DNA of 64,000 nt, taken from the NCBI GenBank assembly GCA_049999805.1, contig JBNGIO010006148.1, positions 105,553 through 169,552 of the forward strand. The letters are read 5' to 3'. Under the pieces are notes generated by a model that saw only the letters and a list, made by a program, of their open reading frames with translations, was not told the origin of the DNA and made no database searches. Shown here in pieces: positions 12,329 through 24,651 of the stretch (positions are counted from its first letter, which is position 1; every line of letters begins with the position of its first letter). Origin of the DNA: Folioceros fuciformis. Its lineage: Eukaryota. The position numbers were made by a program, and so were the translations under genes.

Positions 12329-14939
12329 ATGGCTTTCGCAGCAGCTGCAGCTCGCCTTTGCTCTCCCTCGGCCGGTTTGAGTCGGGAACGCGTCTCCTCA
12401 CACAGCGGGGCACCTGCACTGAAGGCAAGAACTGGCGGGACATCTCGGAGTGTCTTGTTTTGCTCTTGCTGTGAAAGGAACAGAGGGATCTGGAGCTGAT
12501 TTTCTGTGGCGCCTCCTGTTTTCTCGGTTTTTGGAAAGGGTAGGAGGACGGCTGCCGTTTTCTCCCATTCGCAAGACTGAGGGCGAGGAGCCAGGTTCCT
12601 TGCAAGTTGATCGCTTCCGTTGTTCGTGCGGGCCCGAGCGTAGGTTAGAGGCCTTCACATTTGCAGAGAGCTCTGCATGCTAGCCGTTCAAGGCACTGTT
12701 TCATTAGCTCGTCTTTTCTACTGTGTTTTCACAGTTGAGGGGACAGAACTGGACGCGATATCGGGCTTCAGTGAAATTGTTCCTGACACAGTTATCTTCG
12801 ATGATTTTGAAAGGTGTGTGTTGTTCATGGCACGGGCAGCTATGTTCTTTTCGTGTTTAAGAGGGTTTTCCTCCAGCTGAGGTGACTTTGGATTTTGTTG
12901 GAGGACTATGCAAGCCATCATGTCTTTGCTCTCTGTGTGGCAGATTTCCTCCGACTGCAGCCACTGTAAGCTCGTCTTTGATCCTCGGTATCACAGGTCT
13001 GCCGGAGGCCAAGTACAGCGTAAGAGTTCTTGTTTAGAATGCTGGTATGATTTGTAAATCAGATCTGATGCGTCTGGTCCTTGCATGACTCGTTCTTTTG
13101 TCCCATTTCAGAGTGCTATAGACAGTGCACTGGCCTATGGAAAATGCTACGCTGAGAGCACTCCTGCTGGCCGCTTATCGTGCTTCTTGGACAAGGTGTT
13201 ATGAAACCGTTTTTTGTGAATTCTAGGTTACCTTTGATATGCACAAGCTTGCCCTTCGGCTCCAGGATATGCCTTTTGTCTCAGCATTTTCCATCATGAA
13301 CCGATGTGAAGAGGATTTGTCGATTCACAGGCCTTGGTTAACGTCGGAGCAGACCTTGTGAAGCTTGTCCCAGGTCGTGTTTCCACAGAAGTAGATGCTC
13401 GACTTGCCTATGATACGGAGGGCATTGTCAAGAAGGTGATGTCGCTGGACCATCCGTTGACCATTGAGTTATGGAGTCCTTCTATGAGCTGCTTTGCAAA
13501 TTACCACGATGGGACCTGGTTACGTCATGACTCTTGGAAGTCGAGAGAGCACCAGAGCACAGTTCATAGCGTTTTGAAGAGCCGTCTTGCCTGCATTATA
13601 GTCTTACAGCATGTCTTGAAGCGTCTCCAGTGTTTTTGGAATGTGCATCTCGACTCAGATGCCAATTGTGGCTGCTTTCTTTCAGGTCCATAATCTGTTG
13701 AAATTGTATGATGAGGTTGGAGTACCAAGGGATCGGCTTCTCTTCAAAATTGCTGGCACTTGGCAGGTATGGTCTACATTTGGGCATGTTTTGTAAGATG
13801 TGTACGACCTGACCCGTCCGGTACAGCTCGTCTACCCAGTAGAGGCTGCGTGCTGATAACTCTTCATTGTTGCAGGGGATTGAAGCAGCACGGAAGCTTG
13901 AATCCGAAGGCATTCAAACCCACATTACTCTTGTCTACAGGTTCAATGTTTTGTTGCTTATACAGTTGCAAGCACTGTGAAGAAAGTGTTGTTGGGTGAC
14001 AACACTTTCTTTACTTTTGTTCTTCCTTCTTGCCATCTTTTTTCAGTTTCCCTCAAGCCTCTGCAGCCGCCCAGGCCGGAGTGTCTGTAGTCCAAATATT
14101 TGTTGGCCGCGTTCGGGTGCGTATTATAAGTACAGGGGCAACCACCCACACGTGAGTGTGGATGTTAACTTTGCTAATCTCCGGATCTCATGGTGCAGGA
14201 TTGGGCACGCAATCACTCAGGTGACAAAGACATTGATGCAGCCAAGGAACGAGGAGAAGACCCTGGGGTAGCTCTGGTAAAAATCGTCACCTCCATCGCT
14301 CCCCTCTCTTGCGTATCGTGTGGGTGAGCTCTAACTTGTGTTTACAGGCGACAAAGGCGTACAACTACATTCACAAAAGTGGGTATAAGACGAAGCTGAT
14401 GGCCGCGGCAGTGAGAAACAAGCAGGATGTTTTCAGCCTTCTCGGGTGAGTTGCACACTTGGTTGCAGGCAGTCTAAGGCCCAACTTTTCGTTCGATTTT
14501 ATTGATTGGTGCAAGACTTGGACAGGCTGGACTACCTTATCGTCCCACTGAAAGTGCTCCAATCCCTCAAGGAATCGAGGGCGGATCTGGAAGATAAATA
14601 CTCCTTCGTGAGGAGACTGTCACCACCATCTGCTCAGTCCATTCGGATTTCTAGCGACGAGGTAACGTGTCTCCAACTGCCTTGTACTTTTCTTCTGAAT
14701 AACCTCAGACTATGTCTCATCACTCGGCGTAAGCCATCTTCCTACTTCTGCAACACCGAGTCCTTGAAGGAGTGGGGCCGTGGGAATGGCAGCTGGTGAA
14801 GTGGGATCAAAAGACGTTCGCTGCTGCTTTAGGACCGGCTGCTACGGAACTCCTGGAGAAAAGTCTTGAGGGATACACGAGTCAGACGAAAAGGTTGGAG
14901 GAATACTTCTCTAAAATCTGGCCGCCCCCGAACGTCTGA
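12329..14939 (+). CDS. Plastid transaldolase-like protein (multi-exon)
   Basis: Transit-peptide-like N-terminus; [58 protein letters not shown]-terminal WPPPNV*. Confidence 0.9.
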
Positions 14940-15750
14940 CTTCTGTGAGCCAATGGTTCGTGGAAGCACGATGGTTGAAATACTGCACTATTTGGCTGCA
15001 ATGTGGCAAGGATGCTAGACAATTTTTTTTGTCAAATTTGGACCGTAGATTGGAACACGCGGAGGCCTTGATAAATCAGAAATGGTGGTTGTGGTCACGC
15101 CGGATGGGAAGACTAGTCTTCTGTTGGGTCGGCAGGCCAAGCAGTGACAGGACTTGCAAGTCCAGAGGATGTGTTTCCTGAACTACAGACATTAGACAAT
15201 TCATTGAAAGAATTGCGGTAGCCTCACTCCCGGCACACAGCATGACATCTCTGCTCCAGCTGATGGAATTGTATTTGTCCCATAGTCTCCTGACGGGGGG
15301 TATTCCTGTCACCTTAGGAACCTCACTGCTCAGCCTAGCACTCACTCCACCCTAACTGCCTGGATTCCAGAAATTGGGGACAAGATTTAGCAGCAGTTCC
15401 TGTGCCGCAAAATCAGGATTGTGTGGGCCGCCTTAACTGGATGCGGGTCCAACGTCAACTCTGGCCAGTGTTAGTGCTGTGCAAGACGCGTATCATGCAT
15501 TGAGATTTCCTCTCGGCGTGCCTTCCATAGTATAGTAGCAGGTTTCTCAGGCTGCTTCATCACCAGAAAGGGGTTATGCCGAGGTTTATGCATGGTTTTA
15601 GTTAGGTTCATGCAGCCGGGCTGACTGTAAGGAAGTTTGGTGAACCAGTTGGCTCGCTCTGGTTCATACTTGTCCCCTTTTTACAGGGAGATGGAAATGG
15701 TTAGAGCGAGCAGGAAAGGTTGAGCGTTTCGGGGACCATCGAGCGAGGCG

Positions 15751-18700
15751 ATGGCGGTGCGGGTGTCGCTGGCGCGATGTCCCGTAGACGAGGAGATGCT
15801 GGACTCGAGCGGGGTGCCCTGGGCCGCCAATCTCACACCCTTCGCAGCTCACGACGAGCAGGGCCACGAACCCCTGTTCGGGCAGCACGGCGAGCAGCTC
15901 CCTCGCTGCGAAAGCTGCTACGGCTACATTAGCGTGCTCTGCGAGGTGTTTCGATGGCACTGGGCCTGCGGCCTCTGCGGCTACCGCAACCGACTCGCCC
16001 CCGAGCACGCCTCCCGCTACGCCTCGCAGGGGACCTTCCCGGAGCTCTCCTCCTCCTTCATCGACCTCGAATTTCAAGGTTTTCCTGCTCCCCTGTGCAA
16101 TCCAGCTCCGTGTTGCCTCAGATCCGAACTCGTCGTGTGCTGTGCCATGGTCTCTGGTTTGTTTGCGTTCGTGCTGGGGCGAATTCTGGATACTGCACTT
16201 ATGACATGAGTGTGGAGGCAATCTATGTCGGGAAGGATGGCGCCTTTGGCTTGATTTGGTGATGTGGAGCTCTGAGGAGTGTCTCTCAAATCCAAGTTTT
16301 GGCAGACCTCTTATCGAAGTTCATCTGTTAGCAGAGGAGGGGACCGGTCCTGATCAAGACCTGACTGCGAGGCCTGTGTATGTTGCGGCTATTGATCTAT
16401 CAGGTATGGGGATCCCTTGGCAAGGATTCGGTCCGAGTATGCTGTGTTTGTTTTCATGCCTAATGGTTTGGCCTATGCCGCAGCTTCGGAGGAGTTTCTG
16501 GAGCTCGTGAAGAGTGCTCTCCTTGCTGCCTTGGAAGGTAACTGGCATATCCTGGATCCCAAGGTCCCAACCTTTTTGCATGGTCATGACTGTGTAGTGT
16601 TTAGCATCGTCCTCGATGCTAAGTTCCGGTTGCGTGTGCAGCTGTTGGCCCTGGGGCCTTGTTCGGGCTGCTGACGTTTAGTCACAAGATTGGACTTTAT
16701 GACGTTCAAGGTGCGGTGCCTTTGATCAAGAAAGTTATGGTCCCGGCAGAGCCTGATGCGAAGATTCCAGTCGATCTGGCAGATGCTATGCCGCTTCTCA
16801 GTTTCTTGGCACCGGTAAACCTTATGCTACGGAAGGTTATTTGACGCTGGTGAGCAGTTGTTTGGCGGTATGTAGTGCCCACAATGTTGTCATTGGACAT
16901 GGGTGTCAGGTGGAAGGGAACAAGGAGAACATTGCCGCAGCTTTGGAAACTCTGAGACCCACAAGCTCATGGGAGAGGACTACAGCTGCAGGGCAAGGAA
17001 TCGAAGGAGTTAGTATGGGTGGCCGAGGGTTTGGTGCAGCCATGGAAGCTCTTGTCAAGTACCTTGGCATGGGGCAGGGCGATACATTTGCCCTGGGTAC
17101 ATCCTGCACCTCTACTCCTTTATCCTTACGCTAGGAGTCTTTAAGTTGCTAAATGTGTCTGCTGCTCTTCGTCCTGTGGCAGCTAGAGTGTTTGCCTTTC
17201 TTTCTGGTCCACCTGATTACGGATCAGGGCAACTGGATACGAAGCGCTATGGAGAGCAATATGCTAGTAAGGGCCTTGACGCAGACAAGGCTCTCCTTCC
17301 AGAGCAAACTTCTTTTTACAAAGACCTGGTGAGCATCTTGCGCAAAGAACGGATCAGAATTTGTGGCGATTACGTTCTGTGAGCCAGGATTTCATCATTT
17401 GCTTGCTGGATGTCCCTCACAATCTGCAGGCTGCACTTGCGGTCCAAACTGGAGTCTGTGTCGATTTATTTGCTGTTACAGATGAGTACACGGACTTAGC
17501 ATCGTTGAAATATTTGAGCATAGAGAGCGGTGGCAGTTTACTTCTGTACTCAAATACAGAAGAGACAACACTTCCACAAGACTTGTATGTCCTCGTCTTG
17601 TTTTTTTTTTCAATCTCCTGTAGGAGAGGAGCTGCCCTTTACGTTTAACCTGTAGTGCAGGCATATTTTGCTTGTGTGCTTGAAGACAGTGCTTTTCCGA
17701 GCTGACAGTGGCTTATGATTTAGGTATCGCATGCTCACTCGTCCTTTCGCGTTTGGTTGTGTTCTGCGTGTCCGAACCTCACCAGAGTTTGAAGTTGCTC
17801 GATCTGTAAGTGCACCTGTTTTTCTTTCCAACTTTTTGGTGTTAGGGTGTCTGCGGTTCTTAACTGATGTAAGGTTCCTGTTGTGCCTCTGGTTTACGGC
17901 ACTTGTCGCAGTATGGCCACTTCTTTGCGGATCCTATGTATGATAATCTGCAGCACATAATTTGCTGCAATCCTTTTCAAACTTACGCTTATGACTTTGA
18001 GTTCAAGAAGGGCAGTAGCTTTCTGAGGTGAATCTGAAGGTTGGACGTTGTTAATGCTTTTGACCTGCCATGTTGTGACGTATTTTCTTACAACTATGCG
18101 GAATGGGGATCGGCAGGGATCAAGATGCTACTCCTGTTCTACAGGTTGCTTTCCAGTACTCGGTTATGGCTCCTGTGGATGACAACTCATCAACGAACTG
18201 TGGAAGTGAGATAGGAAAGGCAGCTCCTTTGAAAAGGTACTGCCTCATGTGGAAACAAATGATCTCGCTTGATCGAAAAGTGCTCCTTCGATGAAGTTGC
18301 CTTGTTTTTACCAGACCGAAATTCGTGGTGAAGAGACGGATAAGGATTCGGACTCTTGAACTTGGTATAGCTCGAAACTATAAGGATTTATATGAGGGTG
18401 CCGATCCTGAGGTTGTTCTGTCAATTCTTACTCACAAGGTAATTAATGGAGGATGTTTCTGTTCCAGCTATTTATTTGATAATTCTTGTCAAGTCGTGAT
18501 TGGCGTACAATTTGGAACCATTATGTAATCTGTCTTATCCAGATCATACGAGTCTCCTTGGCGGACGGGGTGAAGGAAGCGCGGCTGTTGCTCAATGACT
18601 GGCTCGTGATCCTAGCATCTCAATACAATTCCTACTACAACCTTGCGCAGTTTGGGCAACCGAGTACAATGACTAGCCTCGATGTGATCTTCCTCGACTG

Positions 18701-19441
18701 CACACAGCTTCAACCATTTCCAAGGCTGATTTTTGGACTTCTCCGAAATCCACTTTTAGTCAGCCACGAAGAGGGTGTCCACCCTGATTACCGCATATAC
18801 CTTCACTGCTTGTTCAGGTGTCTGCCATGATGCTTTACTACATTGTTCTGCAACTGAGCCGTTTTGCACGCCAGGTTTAACGTTGGTGGTTTCGACTTTT
18901 CTTGTGCCTTGTAGTGCCCTAGAGCCCTCGAACCTGGTTCGAGCTATATATCCCGTCATGTCATCATATCTCACACCAGACAAGCAGGCTTTTACACGCC
19001 ATTCTTTAAGCCGAGCCGCCTTGATATCATGTGGCCACCCCATTTTCTTCCTCGATGCCTTCACTTCTCTTGTTGTGTACTACGCACCGACAGCAGATCC
19101 GGGCATCCCCTTTCCTCCACCTCAAAACAGTAAGGCGTCTGAACTGTGTTTGCGTCTCACCTGGTGAGTCTTTACCACGATTTTGGATTAATTTGCGGAC
19201 TGTGCGTTCCTGTCCTTTAGGTGCCCTGCGAGCGACAATTAACAGGTTGAAGCAGGAGCGGAATGTGACACCCAAGTTATTCATGATCAGAGGAGGCTAC
19301 GATGTTACGGAGCCTTTCGAGCGTCATCTGATCGAGGAGCAGGATGTAGATGGGAGCGGCATTGCAACGGGCATGGGATTTGTTTCCTTCTTGGGCCAGA
19401 TTGCAGACGATGTGAGGGCAAATATGAAATCTGCTGCCTAG
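15751..19441 (+). CDS. SEC23D: Sec23/Sec24 family COPII protein (SEC23D-like, multi-exon)
   Basis: MAVRVSLARCPVD…, zinc finger (PRCESCYGY…WACGLCG), trunk motifs PVYVAAIDLS and RPFAFGCVLRVRTS, and C-terminal IEEQDVDG…MGFVSFL. Confidence 0.88.
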
Positions 19442-19921
19442 CCAGTTTCAACCACATTAGCAGTTACAGTAGTAGTAGGTCGAAATGACACACACGACCG
19501 GGTACGAACCGCGCCATTCTGCGCAGTCGGTAGGGTTTAGATGATGCTCCTGTCAGTTAAGCACAACATCGGTGCCGCTTAACGCAAAATCCACTGCGCA
19601 CATGCAAGATGAGACAGTTGCTGACGTGGAAGCTGTGGCGGACTGGCCCGCAGTAGAGAAGAAGGGTCTCGACTCCTCGAGCCAGTCGATTCTTCCGGTA
19701 GGTGAGTACTGGGAAGAGTCTGTTCGGGTTGGAGCCAGCCCACATTTCGTAGGAGCCCTCTCTCTCTCTGTGTTGTGAAGTTTATGTGCGGTGCGAATTG
19801 CTTACCTGCCAAATTTGCCAAACCAGGCAGATCGTGGAGGGCACGGCGTGGACCGTGAGAGTGCAGTGCTCTGATACCTTGAGGCTGGATTGTCTGCAGG
19901 AGCAGGAGGAGGAGGGGGTCG

Positions 19922-21129
19922 ATGGCGGCGGTGCAGCGCGGAGTCGGACTGCCAGGAGCGGGGCTGTGCTGCTCGTCTGTGCCAATGAGGGACGTTGGGC
20001 ATGGGCATTGCCGGTGGACAACCTCCACGCGCCCAGGCCTGCAGCAGCATGTTCCGTCTCTGGCCCCGTCCAGTACGCACTGTGAGTCCTTCATGTCAAG
20101 GAATTCGGTGTCCAGGAAAGGCTTGGGTGAGTGGCGCTCGGAACTGGGAACTGGGAGCTGGGAGCTCTGTACGCTTGCCTTGCCTCTTGGTGGGTGTGTT
20201 TCAGTGCCTCGGTCTGAGAGATGAGCTTGCGTGTACGTGGCCAGTGCGGGCACAGTCTCAAGCTGCAAGCGACGGGCCTGCGGTCATTGCGACCGCGACC
20301 ACATTTAAGCACGTTTTGCTGCCAATTCTCGACAGCAACCCCTACCTCTCTGAGGCTACCAGACAGGTACGGGCCTTAGGTCTGTCAGAATGTATAGCCG
20401 AACCCACATGATTCGGTGATCTTGTCGTCCCCAATTTGTGACATCAGGAGGGATGACTCCCCCAAAATGAAGTGTCCTGCTGCCTGGTACTTGTGCAGAA
20501 GCAGCATCCTGAGTTGTGAAGAATCTTGGTTTTGTGTGTCCGTAGGCTGCAGCCACCACCACAGCTTTGGCGACCAAGTATGGTGCAGATATCACGGTCG
20601 TTGGTGCGTGCAGACATCACGCGGATTAACCGACCATCCCTGATGTTTAGCAATTCCTTCGCATGTGTCCTTTCCCGTTTCTGGGGTTGGATACTTACAA
20701 GTTGCTAAATTGGTATTCTGGCCTTGCAGTGATTGACGATAAAGCCAAGGAGTCCTTATCCGATCATGATTTGAGACTGAAAAACATTCGATGGCACCTT
20801 GCTGAGGGTATGGATCCTCTTGTCTGTGCTTGGGCAGTAGTAGTTCAAAAACAACACCGATCACTAGTCTGGGTTGCGCTGGGGGACTTTCCTGACCACC
20901 CTGTATTAGCCCTCTTCTTTCGTTTGGTGATGTAGGTGGGTTCGAAAATTTTGGCTTGATGGAAAAGCTCGGAGAAGGAAAACGCCCTGCTGCGGTCATC
21001 GGGGAAGTTGCTGATGACCTGCAACTGGATCTTGTTGTGTTAAGCATGGAGGCCATACACTCGAAGCACATTGACGGAAATCTGCTGGCTGAGTTCGTCC
21101 CGTGCCCCGTACTTCTTCTGCCGTTGTAG
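19922..21129 (+). CDS. Plastid universal-stress-protein-like (adenine nucleotide alpha-hydrolase fold) protein, 5 exons
   Basis: Spliced product FKHVLLPILDSNPYLSEATRQ|AAATTTALATKYGADITVV|VIDD…IRWHLAE|…IGEVADDLQLDLVVLSMEAIHSKHIDGNLLAEFVPCPVLLLPL*. Confidence 0.85.
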
Positions 21130-21537
21130 CTGAACAGTTGGGGCACAGGGTTTCGTTCAGTTGTCCGAGGTACCACATACCATGATGTTTGTAAGCTAAT
21201 GGATGGTGCAAGCTAATTCAGCTAGAAAGCTGGGGACGCAGGCTGCTTTTATCAGCACGTCTTGCTACTAGTTGCTCCCCTCTTCCGTTTAAAGGTGACA
21301 TGCTTCCACCGAGATGTGGAAACGGGCAGTTGTGAAACGGTAGCCACTATTTTCACATCTGTATTTGTTGTAGCTGGACAGTCGCTTGGCCAAAGTGGCC
21401 AACACGACGCAATGTCTTATTACGTATTGGTAACTTCGTACGTCTTCTAGTGACAGACCACCTAGGAGACGAGACGAAGCTAAGATATGGATATACAGCG
21501 AGGGCCTTACTTCGAAAGCCTAGACACGGAAACCACA

Positions 21538-22679
21538 TCACAAAAGCAACAACGGGCTGCCCTCCTTGATGAGGACGAAGACGCTCCCTGCGTCTCCTTT
21601 GGATATCCGCAGATCCTCGTCTAGGAACGTGGTGAGTAACCAAGACTGGGACTGGGCGCGCGAGAGGGAGAACTTCAGAGGCGGTTGGCCAGACACGGTT
21701 CTGGCTATGGTGGAGGCGGCATCCTGGAGCGGAGTCAGTATGCTCCTGATGGGAGACAGCTCCACTCTCCGGCCAAGAACTTCCACGCTCTCGGGAATAT
21801 CGATCGCATCGGTCAGTTGCGGCGTGCCAATGATTCCTTCCTCAAACTTGATCTGCAAAATAGATACCGTAACATGCATCACACCGCTGCGCTGCGTCAT
21901 ACAGGCCGGAACAAGTTTGAGGACAACTTGACGAAGCCGTCCAGTTGATGGTGTGCGCATTGGAGACTACCTGCACCCGCTTGGGACTGCGGACTTCGAA
22001 CGAGGCTGAGGCGCTGAACGAAGTGGTGGCCAGGGGGCCGGTGAATGTGACCGAGTTCTGCACTGTGAGAGCGGAGGAGTCAATGGTTTGGCTGATCTCT
22101 CCCACCTGCACCAAGGGCAAGTTCCCTGCGGCCAGCAAGGGGAAGAGCTCCGAGAACGAAGTGTATCTGCAGCAGCAACAGCAGCACATGAGAACGCATG
22201 TCCTACAACATACAAACAGAAGAGATGGACAACGGCGAGGCGGGCGAGGAAGAGACGACTGACGCAAGGATCCATTTGCCGTCCAGCAGAGACAGGGCCT
22301 CTGTCGGAGCCGGCGTCGGGTTCCTGGCCTCAAGCTGCGAGATGAGCTCCACGATCTCGGCCCGAGTGTCGCTGCTAGCACGTAGGCCACGCTGCGTGCC
22401 GTAGAAGGAGTCCACCAGGCTCTGCTTCAGCTCCTTCACTCCGCTCACCTCCTCCGCCACAGCTGTGGCAGCGCCCTTGATGTACTCCCCGGCTTCCTGA
22501 GCCACGTTGTTGGCCTCCGACTGCAGGACCGGCTCCGCATCGTAGTCGTAGCCNNNNNNNNNNNNNNNNNNNNNNNNNNNNNNNNNNNNNNNNNNNNNNN
22601 NNNNNNNNNNNNNNNNNNNNNNNNNNNNNNNNNNNNNNNNNNNNNNNNNNNNNAGCATGGACACCGCGTTGGACGCCAT
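21538..22679 (-). CDS. Plastid lipid-associated protein / fibrillin (FBN1/2-like), 3 exons, N-gap in exon 1
   Basis: [76 protein letters not shown]. Confidence 0.93.
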
Positions 22680-23042
22680 AGCTGCTGCTCCCGCTCGTTC
22701 TTCTTGCTTCCCGGCTCTGCTTCTTCTGCCTGAGGATGCGTCTTCTGGCTGGGAGATGAGTGCAGCACGACTGGCTGGCCTTGATCCACCGAGACGCGCG
22801 CGCATAAACGGGCTCGGACCTGGTAGGTTGGAGATGATTCAATGCCAGAACACCGGCAGTGATCGCGTGAAGAGCTTGCTCCAACCCTATATATGACCTC
22901 CATGCCGTGGGCTTCTCAAGGAGACCTCCCGAGCGGGTCGAACCTCTAGTTTTTTATCAAACAAGGCGGCCAGGAAGAACAAACAACACGTTGTGAGTGA
23001 CCCCCGATTCCCGTGCTGTTCTGCAGTTCGATGACCAGCGGC

Positions 23043-23954
23043 ATGTCAGCGCCTCCGCCGCTGAAAGCAATGGCCGACTCCTTCTCCGACCTTGCGGGAC
23101 AGTTGCAGGACGATGCCGATCCCGTGCTCAAGCTCCGACCCTTCTGCCTGGCCTGCGCCCGGGTGTCCCCACTCTTCGCCTGCCTCGGCGTGGCCTTCAA
23201 GTTCGCCGAGCAGGATTACACCTCCAAGGTCAGGAATACAATCGGAATTGCGGTTGCCTTGACTTTCCTTCCCTTCCCTTCCCTGTAGGTGTCGCTGATT
23301 CTGATCCTAATCCTGAAGGTAGAGGGTCTGCTTCAAGCCTCGCACCAACTAGACACCCTTCCCGCCGTGTTACGGGCCGATATGGCTGCCGGTAGTGTCA
23401 GGATCGCGGGTAGCCACACCAGGAACCTGCTGCGGGTGAAGCGCGGCATCGACATGGTCCGGGTGCTGTTCAAGGGAATTCTATCCGCGGGGTGAGCAGA
23501 TTCCTTGCCTTGTCGCCTACCCTAAACTCCACACATGCATCATCCACGATTTCTGAGATGCGCCAGGTCTCGTGTATGCGTTAACAACGCAATGCAGGCC
23601 GAAGCAGGAGTCGCTCAGAGATCCGGCTGCTAAAGCCTACCAAGAGGTATTCGCTGCGCACCACAGCTGGGCCATCAGGAAGGCTGTCGGTCTTGGCCTC
23701 TTCGTGCTGCCTTCCTCATCGCACTTGCTCAATAAGCTCGGCGAAGACGGTGAGCTTTGGTTATCCCGCCCTTCTCTTCTACAGGCTTGTCTCCTTCTGA
23801 AGCCGCGTCTTGGCTCACTCTCATCCTTTTGCAATGTGGCCTCACAGAAGCTTCTGCCCGGCAAGACCTTCAGTTGTTCGCAGACGCGGCAACACTTGTG
23901 TCCCAGCATCTCGACAATCTCTTCCTCACCAACGGTCTGGGAATCGACTGGTAG
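23043..23954 (+). CDS. ACD11: ACD11-like glycolipid/ceramide-1-phosphate transfer protein (GLTP fold), 4 exons
   Basis: LGVAFKFAEQDY, GSHTRNLLRVKRGIDMVRVLF, FAAHHSWAIRKAV; C-terminal LGIDW*. Confidence 0.88.
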
Positions 23955-24651
23955 AGGCATGCCTGGATTGCCTCCGCCAAAATTTCATCTCGGGTAGGGA
24001 CTCGTCTCGTAATTGCTTAGAATTAGCATCTGACAAATGAAATACCTAGTCTGAACCCTCTTGTCTAAACCCTTATATATTTCGAATATACAATAATTCT
24101 TGAAATATATAAGGATTTGGAAAGGAGGGTTTAAGCTATGTCTCTCAGTGGAGTTTGTCATATTTGTCGTAGAGTATCGCAGGCTACTTGCGTTCTCTCC
24201 TAGGCCTTCAAGTGGCCTGCCCTGCTCTCTTAGAGGACTCCCCATCTTTCCTTAAGCTCCCGCTCCCTTATTACAACAGCACGCACCTTGGGTGCTTATA
24301 GCCGAAACACAACAAGATGGAACCTATGTAAACACATTTAAAAAACCAAGACGGAAAACCATCTCAATAAATGCAGTGGGGGCATGTTTGCAAAGGGGGC
24401 CTGTCGTTGTCTGTGATTCCCCTTGTCCGCAGGCTCTTCTGTCGCGCTCCTGCTCCGGGTCTTGTGTCGCCAAAGCCCTGCTCTGCTGAGTTTGTTGGCT
24501 TGGGCTCTTCTACGTCTGAAGGCTCTGGCCTTCATGCCCGGAGCACTCTTTGCTGCATGCCTCCTTGTTTCGAGCACAATCTTACATCTTCCTAGGGTTT
24601 ATTTTAAGTAAAAAAGGCCTACCCTTCGTATTTTTGTCCGCGAAGGCAAAC

